The notes beneath the pieces are model-generated. The model did no database searches. It saw only the letters and a program-made list of their open reading frames with translations, and was not told the origin of the DNA. From assembly GCF_009914755.1 (NCBI RefSeq), contig NC_060933.1: a DNA stretch of 64,000 nt, one strand, 5' to 3'. Shown here piece after piece: positions 1 through 11,120 of the stretch (its first letter is position 1; each line of letters begins with the position of its first letter). The DNA comes from the human T2T-CHM13v2.0 reference genome, Homo sapiens. A program made the position numbers and the translations under genes.

Positions 1-3000
1 CGTACCATTCCATTCCATTCCATACAATTCCATTCCATTCCATTCCACTCCATTCCGTTCCGTTCAGTTCCGTTCCGTTCCGTTGCATTCCATTCCATTC
101 CATTCTATTCGGTTTAATTCCATTCCATTCCATTCCATTCCATTCCATTCTATTCCATTCCATTGCAATCGAGTTGAATCCATTGCATTCCATTCCATTC
201 CATTCCATTCCATTCTATTATACTCGGGTTGATTCCATTCCATTGCATTCCATTCCATTCCATTCCATTCCATTCCGTTCCATTCCATTCCATTACATTC
301 GGATTGATTCTTTTCAACTCCCTTACTCTCCATTACATTCCATTCCATTCGGGTTGTTCCATTCCATTCCATTCCATTCCACTCCATTCCATTGCACTCG
401 GGTTGATTCCATTCCATTCCATTCCATTCCATTCGGGATGATTCCTTTCCATTGCATTCCGTTCCATTACATTCCACTGCACTCGGGTTGATTCCATTCC
501 ATTCCATTCCATTCCATTCGATTCCATTCCATTCTCCTGCACTCGCGTTGATTCCATTCCATTCCATTCCATTCCGTTCCATTCCATTCCATTCCATTCT
601 ATTCGGGTTAATTCCATTCCATTCCATTCCATTCCAATCGATTTGATTCCATTCCATTCCATTCCATTCCATTCCATTCCACTCCATTCCAGTCCTTTCC
701 ATTCCATTAAACTCGGGTTGACTCCATTCTATTCCTTTCCATTCCATTCCATTCCATTGCAATCGAGTTGATTCCATTGCTTTGCATTCCATTCCATTCC
801 ATTCCATTCCGGATGTTTCCATTCCGTTGCATTCCATTCCATTCCATTCCCCTGCACTCGGGTTGATTCCATTCCATTCCACTCCATTCCGTTCCATTCC
901 ATTCCATTCCATTGTATTCGGGTTAATTCCATTCCACTCCAGTCCATTCCATTCCATTCCATTCCATTACAATCGAGTTGATTCCATTCCATTCCATTCC
1001 ATTCCATTCCAGTCCTTTCCATTCCATTCCACTCGGGTTGATTCCATTCTATTAGTTTCCATTCCATTCCATTCCCTTCCATTCCACTCTGCTGATTCCA
1101 TTCCTTTCCATTCCACTCGAATACATTCCCTCCTATTCCACTCGGAACGATTCCATTCCATTCCATTCCATTCCATTCCATTCCATTTCGTTCCATTCCA
1201 TTCTATTCCGTATCATTCCATTCCATTCCATTCCATTCCATTCCATTCCAGTCCATTCCACTCCATTCCATTCCATTCCATTCCATTCCATTCCACTCGT
1301 GTTGATTCCATTCCTTTCCATTCCATTAGGTTTGAAGGCATTCCATTCCATTCCATTCCATTCCATTCCATTCCATTCCATTCCATAGTACTCGGGTTGA
1401 TTCCATTCCATTGCATTCCATTCCATTCCATTCCGGATGACTCCATTCCATTGCATTCCATTCCATTCCATTACGCTGCACTCGGGTTGATTCCATTCCA
1501 TTCCATTCCATTACACTCCGTTCCATTCCATTCCATTCCATTCGGATTGATTCTATTCAATTCCCTTACACTCCATTACATTCCATTCCATTTGGGTAGT
1601 TTCCATTCCATTCCATTCCATTCCTCTCCATTCCATTGCACTCGGGTTGATTCCATTCCATTCCATTCCATTCCATTCCATTCCGGATGATTCCATTCCA
1701 TTGCATTCCGTTCCATTACATTCCCCTGCACTCGCGTTGATTCCATTCCATTCCATTCCATTCCATTGAATTCCATTCCATTTCAATTCCTTCCTTTCCA
1801 TTCTATTCCGTACCATTCCATTCCATTCCATACCATTCCATTGCATTCCATTCCATTCCATTCCATTCCATTCCACTCCATTCCAGTCCTTTCCATTCCA
1901 TTCCAATCAGGTTGATTCCATGCTATTCCTTTCCATTCCATTCCTTTCCATTGCAATCGAGTTGATTCCATTGGTTTGCATTCCATTCCATTCCATTCCA
2001 TTCCGGATGATTCCATTCCATTGCATTGCATTCAATTCCATTCCCCTGCACTCGTGTTGAATCCATTCCATTCCACTCCATTCCGTTCCATTCCATTCCA
2101 TTCCATTACATTCCATTGTATTCGGGTTAATTCCATTCCATTCCATTCCATTCCATTCCATTCCATTCCATTCCATTACAATCGAGTTGATTCCATTCCA
2201 TTCCATTCCATTCCATTCCAGTCCTTTCCATTCCATTCCACTCGGGTTGATTCCAATCTATTAGTTTCCATTCCATTCCATTCCCTTCCATTTCACTCTG
2301 GTTGATTCCATTCCTTTCCATTCCACTCGAATACATTCCCTCCTATTCCACTCCGAACGATTCCATTCCATTCCATTCCATTCCATTCCATTCCATTCCG
2401 TTCCATTCCATTCCATTACATTCGGATTGATACTATTCAATTCCCTTACACTCCGTTACATTCCATTCCATTTGGGTAGTTTCCATTCCATTCCATTCCA
2501 TTCCTCTCCATTCCATTGCACTCGGGTTGATTCCACTCCATTGCATTCCATTCCATTCCATTCAATTCCATTCCGTTCCCTTGCATTCCATTACATTCGG
2601 ATTGATTATATTCAACTCCCTTACTCTCCATTACATTCCATTCCATTCGGGTTGTTCCATTCCATTCCATTCCATTCCACTCCATTCCATTGCACTCGGG
2701 TTGATTCCATTCCATTCCATTCCATTCCATTCCATTCCATTCCATTCCATTCCGGATGATTCCATTCCATTACATTCCGTTCCATTACATTCCCTTGCAC
2801 TCGGGTTGATTCCATTCCATTCCATTCCATTCCATTCGATTCCATTCCATTCCAATTCTTTCCATTCCATTCTATTCCGTACCATTCCATTCCATTCCAT
2901 ACAATTCCATTCCATTCCATTCCATTCCGTTCCGTTCCGTTCCGTTCCGTTCCGTTCCATTCCATTCCATTCCATTCTATTCGGGTTAATTCCATTCCAT

Positions 3001-6000
3001 TCCATTCCATTCCATTCTATTCCATTCCATTGCAATCGAGTTGAATCCATTGCATTCCATTCCATTCCATTCCGGAAGATTCCATTGCATTGCATTCCAT
3101 TCCATTCCATTCCCCTGCACTCGTGTTGATTCCATTGCATTCCATTCCATTCCATTCCATTCCGAACCGTTCCATTCCATTCCATTCCATTCCATTCCAT
3201 TCCATTCCGTTCCGTTCCATTCCATTCCATTCCATTCCATTCTATGCGGGTTAATTCCATTCCATTCCGTTCGATTGCAATCGAGTTGATTCCATTCCAT
3301 TCCATTCCATTCCATTCCATTCCATTCCATTCCATTCCTTTCCATTACATTACGTATGATTCCATTCCATTTCATTCCATTCCATTCCATTCCCCTGTAC
3401 TCGGGTTGATTCCATTCCATTCCATTCCAATCCATGCCATTCCACTCGTGTTGATTCCATTCTTTCCATTCCATTCAAGTTGAATCCATTCCATTGCATT
3501 CCATTCCATTCGATTCCATTCGATTGCACTCGGGTTGATTCCGTGGCTTTGCATTCCATTCCATTCCATTCCATTCCCCTGCACTTGGGTTGATTCCATT
3601 CCATTCCATTCCATTCCTTTCTGTTCCATTCCATTCCATTCCATTCCATTCTATTCGTGTTAATTCCATTCCATTCTATTCCATTCCATTCCATTGAAAT
3701 CGAGTTGATTCCATTCCATTCCATTCCATTCCATTCCATTCCATTCCATTGTATTCGGGTTAATTCCATTCCATTCCATTCCATTCCATTCCATTCCATT
3801 CCATTACAATCGAGTTGATTCCATTCCATTCCATTCCATTCCATTCCATTCCAGTCCTTTCCATTCCATTCCACTCGGGTTGATTCCATTCTATTCGTTT
3901 CCATTCCATTCCATTCCCTTCCATTCCACTCTGGTTGATTCCATTCCTTTCCTTTCCACTCGAATACATTCCCTCCTATTCCACTCGGAACGATTCCATT
4001 CCATTCCATTCCATTCCATTCCATTCCATTCCATTTCGTTCCATTCCATTCTATTCCGTATCATTCCATTCCATTCCATTCCATTCCATTCCATTCCATT
4101 CCACTCGTGTTGATTCCATTCCTTTCCATTCCATTCGGTTTCAAGTCTTTCCATTCCATTCCATTCCATTCCATTCCATTCCATTGTACTCGGGTTGATT
4201 CCATTCCATTGCATTCCATTCCATTCCATTCCATTCCAATCCATTGCATTCCATTCCATTACATTCGGATTGATTCTATTCAACTCCCTTACTCTCCATT
4301 ACATTCCATTCCATTCGGGTTGTTCCATTCCATTCCATTCCATTCCACTCCATTCCATTGCACTCGGGTTGATTCCATTCCATTCCATTCCATTCCATTC
4401 CATTCCGGATGATTCCATTCCACTGCATTCCGTTCCATTACATTCCCCTGCACTCGCGTTGATTCCATTCCATTCCATTCCATTCCATTCCATTCCGTTC
4501 CGTTCCGTTCCATTCCATTCCATTCCATTCTATTTGGGTTAATTCCATTCCATTCCATTCGATGGCAATCGAGTTGATTCCATTCCATTCCATTCCATTC
4601 CATTCCATTCCATTCCTTTCCATTACATTACGGATGATTCCATTCCATTGCATTCCATTCCATTCCATTCCCCTGTACTCGGGTTGATTCCATTCCATTC
4701 CATTCCAATCCATGCCATTCCACTCGTATTGATTCCATTATTTCCATTCCATTCAAGTTGAATCCATTCCATTGCATTCCATTCCATTCGATTCCATTCG
4801 ATTGCACTCGGGTTGATTCCATTCCATTGCATTCCATTCCATTCCATTCCATTCCATTCCATTCCGTTCCATTCCATTCCATTACATTCGGATTGATTCT
4901 CTTCAATTCCCTTACACTCCATTACATTCCATTCCTTTCGGGTAGTTTCCATTCCATTCCATTCCATTCCTCTCCATTCCATTGCACTCGGGTTGATTCC
5001 ATTCCATTGCATTCCATTCCATACCATTCAATTCCATTCCGTTCCATTCCATTCCATTACATTCGGATTGATTCTATTCAACTCCCTTACTCTCCATTAC
5101 ATTCGATTCCATTCGGGTTGTTCCATTCCATTCCATTCCATTCCACTCCATTCCATTGCACTCAGGTTGATTCCATTCAATTCCATTCCATTCCATTCCA
5201 TTCCATTCCATTCCATTCCGGAAGATTCCATTCCATTGCATTCCATTCCATTCCATTCCCCTGCACTCACGTTGATTCCATTCCATTCCATTCCATTCCA
5301 TTCAATTCCTTTCCATTCCATTCCATTCCATTCCATTCCATTGCATTCCATTCCGTTCCGTTCTGTTCCATTCCATTCCATTCCATTCTATTCGGGTTAA
5401 TTCCATTCCATTCCATTCGATTGCAATCGAGTTGATTCCATGCCATTCCATTCCATTCCATTCCACTCCATTCCATGCCTTTCCATTCCATTACGGATGA
5501 TTCCATTCCATTGCATTCCATTCCATTCCTTTCCCCTGTACTCGGGTTGATTCCATTCCATTCCATTCCAATCCATGCCATTCCACTCGTGTTGATTCCA
5601 TTCTTTCCATTCCATTCAAGTTGAATACATTCCATTGCTTTCCATTCCATTCCATTCCCCTGTAGTCGGGTTGATTCCATTCCATTCCATTCCATTCCAT
5701 TCCATTCCATTCCATTCCGTTCCGTTCCGTTAAGTTCCGTTCCGTTCCATTCCATTCCATTCCATTCTATTCGGGTTAATTCCATTCCATTCCATTCCAT
5801 TCCATTCCATTCCATTCCAATCGAGTTGATTGCATTCCATTCCATTCCATTCCATTCCACTCCATTCCAGTCCTTTCCATTCCATTCCACTCGGGTTGAT
5901 TCCAATGTATTCCTTTCCATTCCATTCCATTCCATTGCAATCGAGTTGATTCCATTGCTTTGCATTCCATTCCATTCCATTCCATTCCGGATGACTCCAT

Positions 6001-9000
6001 TCCATTGCATTCCATTCCATTGCATTCCCCTGCACTCGGGTTGATTCCATTCCGTTCCACTCCATTCCGTTGTATTCCATTCCATTCCATTGTATTCGGG
6101 TTAATTCCATTCCATTCCATTCCATTCCATTCCATTCCATTCCATTCCAATCGAGTTGATTCCATTCCATTCCATTCCATTACATTCCATTCCATTCCAG
6201 TCCTTTCCATTGCATTCCACTCGGGTTGATTCCATTCTATTAGTTTCCATTCCATTCCATTCCCTTCCATTCCACTCTGGTTGATTCCATTCCTTTCCAT
6301 TCCACTCGAATACATTCCCTCCTATTCCACTCGGAACGATTCCATTCCATTTCATTCCATTCCATTCCATTCCATTCCATTCCATTCCATTCCATTCCAT
6401 TTCGTTCCATTACATTCTATTCCGTATCATTCCATTCCATTCCTTTCCATTCCATTCCATTCCATTCCATTCCACTCGTGTTGATTCCATTCCTTTCCAT
6501 TCCATTCGGTTTGAAGGCTTTCCATTCCATTCCATTCCATTCCATTCCATTCCATTCCATTGTACTCGGGTTGATTCCATTCCATTCCATTCCATTCCAT
6601 TCCATTCCGTTGCATTCCATTCCATTACATTCGGATTGATTCTATTCAACTCCCTTACTCTCCATTACATTACATTCCATTCGGGTTGTTCCATTCCATT
6701 CCATTCCATTCCACTCCATTCCATTGCACTCGGGTTGATTCCATTCCATTCCATTCCATTCCATTCCATTCCATTCCGGATGATTCCATTCCATTGCATT
6801 CCGTTCCATTACATTCCCCTGCACTCGCGTTGATTCCATTCCATTCCATTCCATTCCATTCCATTCAATTCCATTCCATTACAATTCGTTCCATTCCATT
6901 CTATTCCGTACCATTCCATTCCATTCCATACCATTCCATTCCATTCCATTCCATTCCATTCCATTCCATTCCGTTCCATTCCGTTCCATTCCATTCCATT
7001 CCATTCTATTCGGGTTAATTCCATGCCATTCCATTCCATTCCATTCCATTCCATTCCAATCTATTCCATTCCATTGCAATCGAGTTGAATCCATTGCATT
7101 TCATTCCATTCCATTCCATTCCATTCCATTCCATTCCATTGCAATCGAGTTGAATCCATTGCATTTCATTCCATTCCATTCCACTCCATTCCATTCCGGA
7201 AGATTCCATTCCATTGCATTCCATTCCATTCCATTCCCCTGCACTCGCGTTGATTCCTTTCCATTCCATTCCATTCCATTCCATTCCATTCCGTTCCGTT
7301 CCGTTCCATTTCATTCCATTCCATTCCGTTCCATTCCGTTCCGTTCCATTCCATTCCATTCCATTCTATTCGGGTTAATTCCATTCCAATCCATTCGATT
7401 GCAATCGAGTTGATTCCATTCCATTCCATTCCATTCCATTCCATTCCATTCCATTCCAATCGAGTTGATTGCATTCCATTCCATTCCATTCCATTCCACT
7501 CCATTCCAGTCCTTTCCATTCCATTCCACTCGGGTTGATTCCATTCTATTCCTTTCCATTCCATTCCATTCCATTGCAATCGAGTTGATTCAATTGCTTT
7601 GCATTCCATTCCATTCCATTCCATTCCGGATGATTCCATTCCATTGCATTCCATTCCATTCCATTCCCCTGCACTCGGGTTGATTCCATTCCATTCCACT
7701 CCATTCCGTTCCATCCCATTCCATTCCATTTTATTCGGGTTAATTCCATTCCATGCCATTCCATTCCATTCCATTCCATTCCATTCCATTCTATTACAAT
7801 CGAGTTGATTCCATTCCATTCCATTACATTCCATTCCATTCCATTCCAGTCCTTTCCATTCCATTCCACTCGGGTTGATTCCATTCTATTAGTTTCCATT
7901 CCATTCCATTCCCTTCCATTCCACTCTGGTTGATTCCATTACTTTCCATTCCAATCGAATACATTCCCTCCTATTCCACTCGGATCGATTCCATTCCATT
8001 CCATTCCATTCCATTCCATTCCATTCCATTCCTTTCCATTCCATTTCGTTCCATTCCATTCTATTCCGTATCATTCCATTCCATTCCATTCCTTTCCATT
8101 CCATTCCATTCCATTCCACTCTTGTTGATTCCATTCCTTTCCATTCCATTCGGTTTGAAGGCATTCCATTCCATTCAATTCCATTCCATTGCATTCCATT
8201 CCATTCCATTCCTTTCCATTCCTTTCCTTTCAATTCCATTCCATTACATTCGGATTGATTCTTTTTAATTCCCTTACACTCCATTACATTCCATTCCATT
8301 CGGGTACTTTCCATTCCATTCCATTCCATTCCACTGCATTCTATTGCACTCGGGTTGATTGATTCCATTAGATTGCATTCCATTCCATTCCATTCCCCTG
8401 CACTCGGGTTGATCCCATTCCATTGCATTCCATTCCATTCCGTTCCATTCCATTCAATTCCATTCTGTTCAGGTTAATTCCATTCCATTCCATTCCATCC
8501 CATTCCATTCCATTCCATTCCATTCCATCCCATTGCAATCTAGTTGATTCCATTGCATTCCATTCCATTCCATTCCATTCCATTGCATTCCATTCCATTC
8601 CATTCCCCTGCACTCAGATTGATTCCATTCCATCCCATTGCATTCCATTCCGTTCCATTACATTCCATTCCATTCTATTCGCGTTAATTCCATTCCATTC
8701 CATTCCATTACATTCCATTGCAATCGAGTTGATTCCATTCCATTTCGTTCCATTCCATTCCATTCCATTCCATTTCGTTCCATTCCATTCTATTCTGTAC
8801 CATTCCATTCCATTCCATTCCATTCCATTCCATTCCATTCCATGCCATTCCACTCGGGTTGATTCCATTGCTTTCCATTCCATTTGGGTTGAATCCAATC
8901 CATTCCATTCCATTCCATTCCATTCCATTCCATTCCATTCCATTCCACTGCACTAGGTTTGATTCCATTCCGCTGCATTCCATTCCATTCCATTCCGTTC

Positions 9001-9096
9001 CATTCCATTCCATTACATTCGGATTGATTGTATTCAATTCCCTTACACTCCATTACATTCCATTCCATTCGGGTTGTTTCCATTCCATTCCATTCC
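1..9096 (+). repeat. HSat3 (satellite III) array, CATTC strand on +
   Basis: Continuous diverged (CATTC)n with interspersed ACTCGGGTTG, ATTCGGGTTA and AATCGAGTTG motifs. The pentamer plus A(T/C)TCGGGTTG decamer is the classical definition of satellite III. The CATTCGATTC-dominated pattern of HSat2 is absent. Confidence 0.97.
3069..7207. promoter_or_regulatory. Three consensus heat-shock elements (ATTCCGGAAGATTCC) in the CATTC arm; function unproven
   Basis: aTTCc-gGAAg-aTTCc at 3069-3083, 5215-5229 and 7193-7207. Confidence 0.45.
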
Positions 9097-11120
9097 GTGT
9101 GCAATGGAATGGAATGGAATGGAATGGAATGGGTTCAACTAGAATGGAATGGAAAGGAATGGAATCAACCCGAGTGGAATGGCATGGAATGGAATGGAAT
9201 GGAATGGAATGGAAAGCAATGGAATGAAATGGAATGGAAGGGAATGGATTGAAATGGAATGGAATGGAATGGAATCAACCCGAGTGCAATGTAATGGAAT
9301 TGAATGGAATGGAATGGAATGCAATGGAATGAATTCAACCCGAATGGAATGGAAAGGAATGGAATAAACCCGAGTGGAATGGCATGGAATGGAGTGGAAT
9401 GGAATGGAATGGAATACTACGGAAGAGAATGGAATGGAACGAAATGGAATGGAATGGAATGGAATGGAAAGGAATGGAATGAACACGTGAGCAATTGAAT
9501 GGAATCGAATGGAATAGAATGGAATGGAATGGATTCAACTCGAATGGAATGGAAAGGAATGGAATCAACCCGAGTGGAATGGCATGGAATGGAATGGAAT
9601 GGAATGGAACGGAATGGAATGGAATCAACTCGATTGCAAAGGAATGTAATGGAATGGAATGGAACGGAATTAACGCAAATAGAATGGAATGGAAAGGAAT
9701 GGAACGGAATGGAATGGAAAGAAATGGAATGGAATCAATCTGAGTGCAGGGGAATGCAATGGAATGGAATGTAATGGAATGGAATGGAATGGAATGCAAT
9801 GGAATCACCTCGATTGCAATGGGATGGAATGGAATGGAATGGAATGGAAGGGAATGGAATGGAATGGAATTAATCTGAACAGAATGGAATGGAATGGAAT
9901 GGAATGGAATGGAATGGAATGCAATGGAATGGAATCAATCAAACCGAGTGCAATAGAATGCAGTGGAACGGAATGGAATGGAATGGAATGGAATGGAATG
10001 GAATGGAATGGAATGAAATGGAATGGCAGGGAATGGAATGGAATCAACCCGAGTGCAAAGGAATGGAATGGAATGGAATGGAATGGAATGGAATGGAATG
10101 GAATGGATTCAACCCGAATGGAATGGAAAGGAATGGAATAAACCTGAGTGGAATCGCATGGAATGGAATGGAATGGAATCTAATGGAATCAACCTGAGTG
10201 CAATGGAATGGAGTGGAATGGAATGTAATGGAATGGAAACAACCCGAATGGAATGGAATGTCATGGAGTGTAAGGGAATTGAATACAATCAATCCGAATG
10301 TAATGGAATGGAATGGAACGGAATGGAATGGAATGGAATGCAGTGGAATGGAATCAAACCTAGTGCAATGGAATGGAATGGAATGGAATGGAATGAAATG
10401 GAATGGAATGGAATGGAATGGAATGGAATGGATTGGTTCCAACCCAAATGGAATGGAAAGCAATGGAATCAACCCGAGTGGAATGGCATGGAATGGAATG
10501 GAATGGAATGGAATGGAATGGAATGGAATGGAATGGTACAGAATAGAATGGAATGGAATGAAATGGAATGGAATGGAATGGAATGGAACGGAATGGAATG
10601 GAATCAACTCGATTGCAATGCAATGTAATGGAATGGAATGGAATGGAATGGGATGGAATGGAATCAATCTGAGTGCAGGGGAATGGAATGGAATGGAATG
10701 CAATGGAATGGAATGGAATGGAATGGAATGCAATGGAATCAACTAGATTGCAAAGGGATGGAATGGAATGGAATGGAATGGAAGGGAATGGAATGGAATG
10801 GAATTAACCTGAACAGAATGGAATGGAATGGAATGGAACGGAATGGAAGGGAATGGAATGGAATGGAATTAAGCTGAAGAGAATAGAATGGAATGGAATG
10901 GAACGGAATGGAATGGAATGCAATGGAATGGGATCAACCCGAGTGCAGGGGAATGGAATGAAATGGAATGCAATGGAATGGAATCAATCAACCCGAGTGC
11001 AATAGAATGCAGTGGAATGGAATGGAATGGAATGGAAAGTACCCGAATGGAAAGGAATGTAATGGAGTGTAAGGGAATTAAAAAGAATCAATCCGAATGT
11101 AATGGAATGGAAGGGAACGG
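8230..11120. repeat. Imperfect inverted repeat flanking the breakpoint: arms ~8230-9096 and ~10220-11120, spacer ~1.1 kb
   Basis: Ordered reverse-complement motif pairs: 9071 gggttgtttc/10236 gaaacaaccc; 8951 cactaggtttg/10355 caaacctagtg; 8611 cactcagattg/10665 caatctgagtg; 8537 aatctagttg/10740 caactagatt; 8401 cactcgggttgatccc/10930 gggatcaacccgagtg; 8301 cgggtacttt/11036 aaagtacccg; 8251 cggattgattctttttaatt/11076 aattaaaaagaatcaatccg. Confidence 0.85.
9091..9110. other. Intra-array inversion breakpoint (CATTC to GAATG switch)
   Basis: Sequence reads ...cattccattccattCC-gtgtgcaatggaatggaat... with no filler DNA. The CC at 9095-9096 fits both the left CATTCC unit and the right GAACCCGTGTGCAATGG motif (intact at ~11374-11390). 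Confidence 0.95.

Noticed and set aside
1115-1150. Complex islands such as gaatacattccctcctattccactcggaacga and ggagagtaagggagttgaatagaatcaatccg as unique or regulatory inserts
   Set aside because: They stay in pentamer register and recur about every 1.2-3.5 kb within their blocks, so they are diverged satellite landmarks.
8355-8366. TGATTGAT / AATCAATC as PBX- or DUX4-type sites
   Set aside because: These are short matches produced by a 4-bp duplication in the satellite motif, and I saw no full TAAYYYAATCA DUX4 consensus.
9085-9115. Transposon or foreign insertion at the inversion junction
   Set aside because: Every base is accounted for by satellite motifs on either side; there is no TSD, poly-A or terminal inverted repeat.
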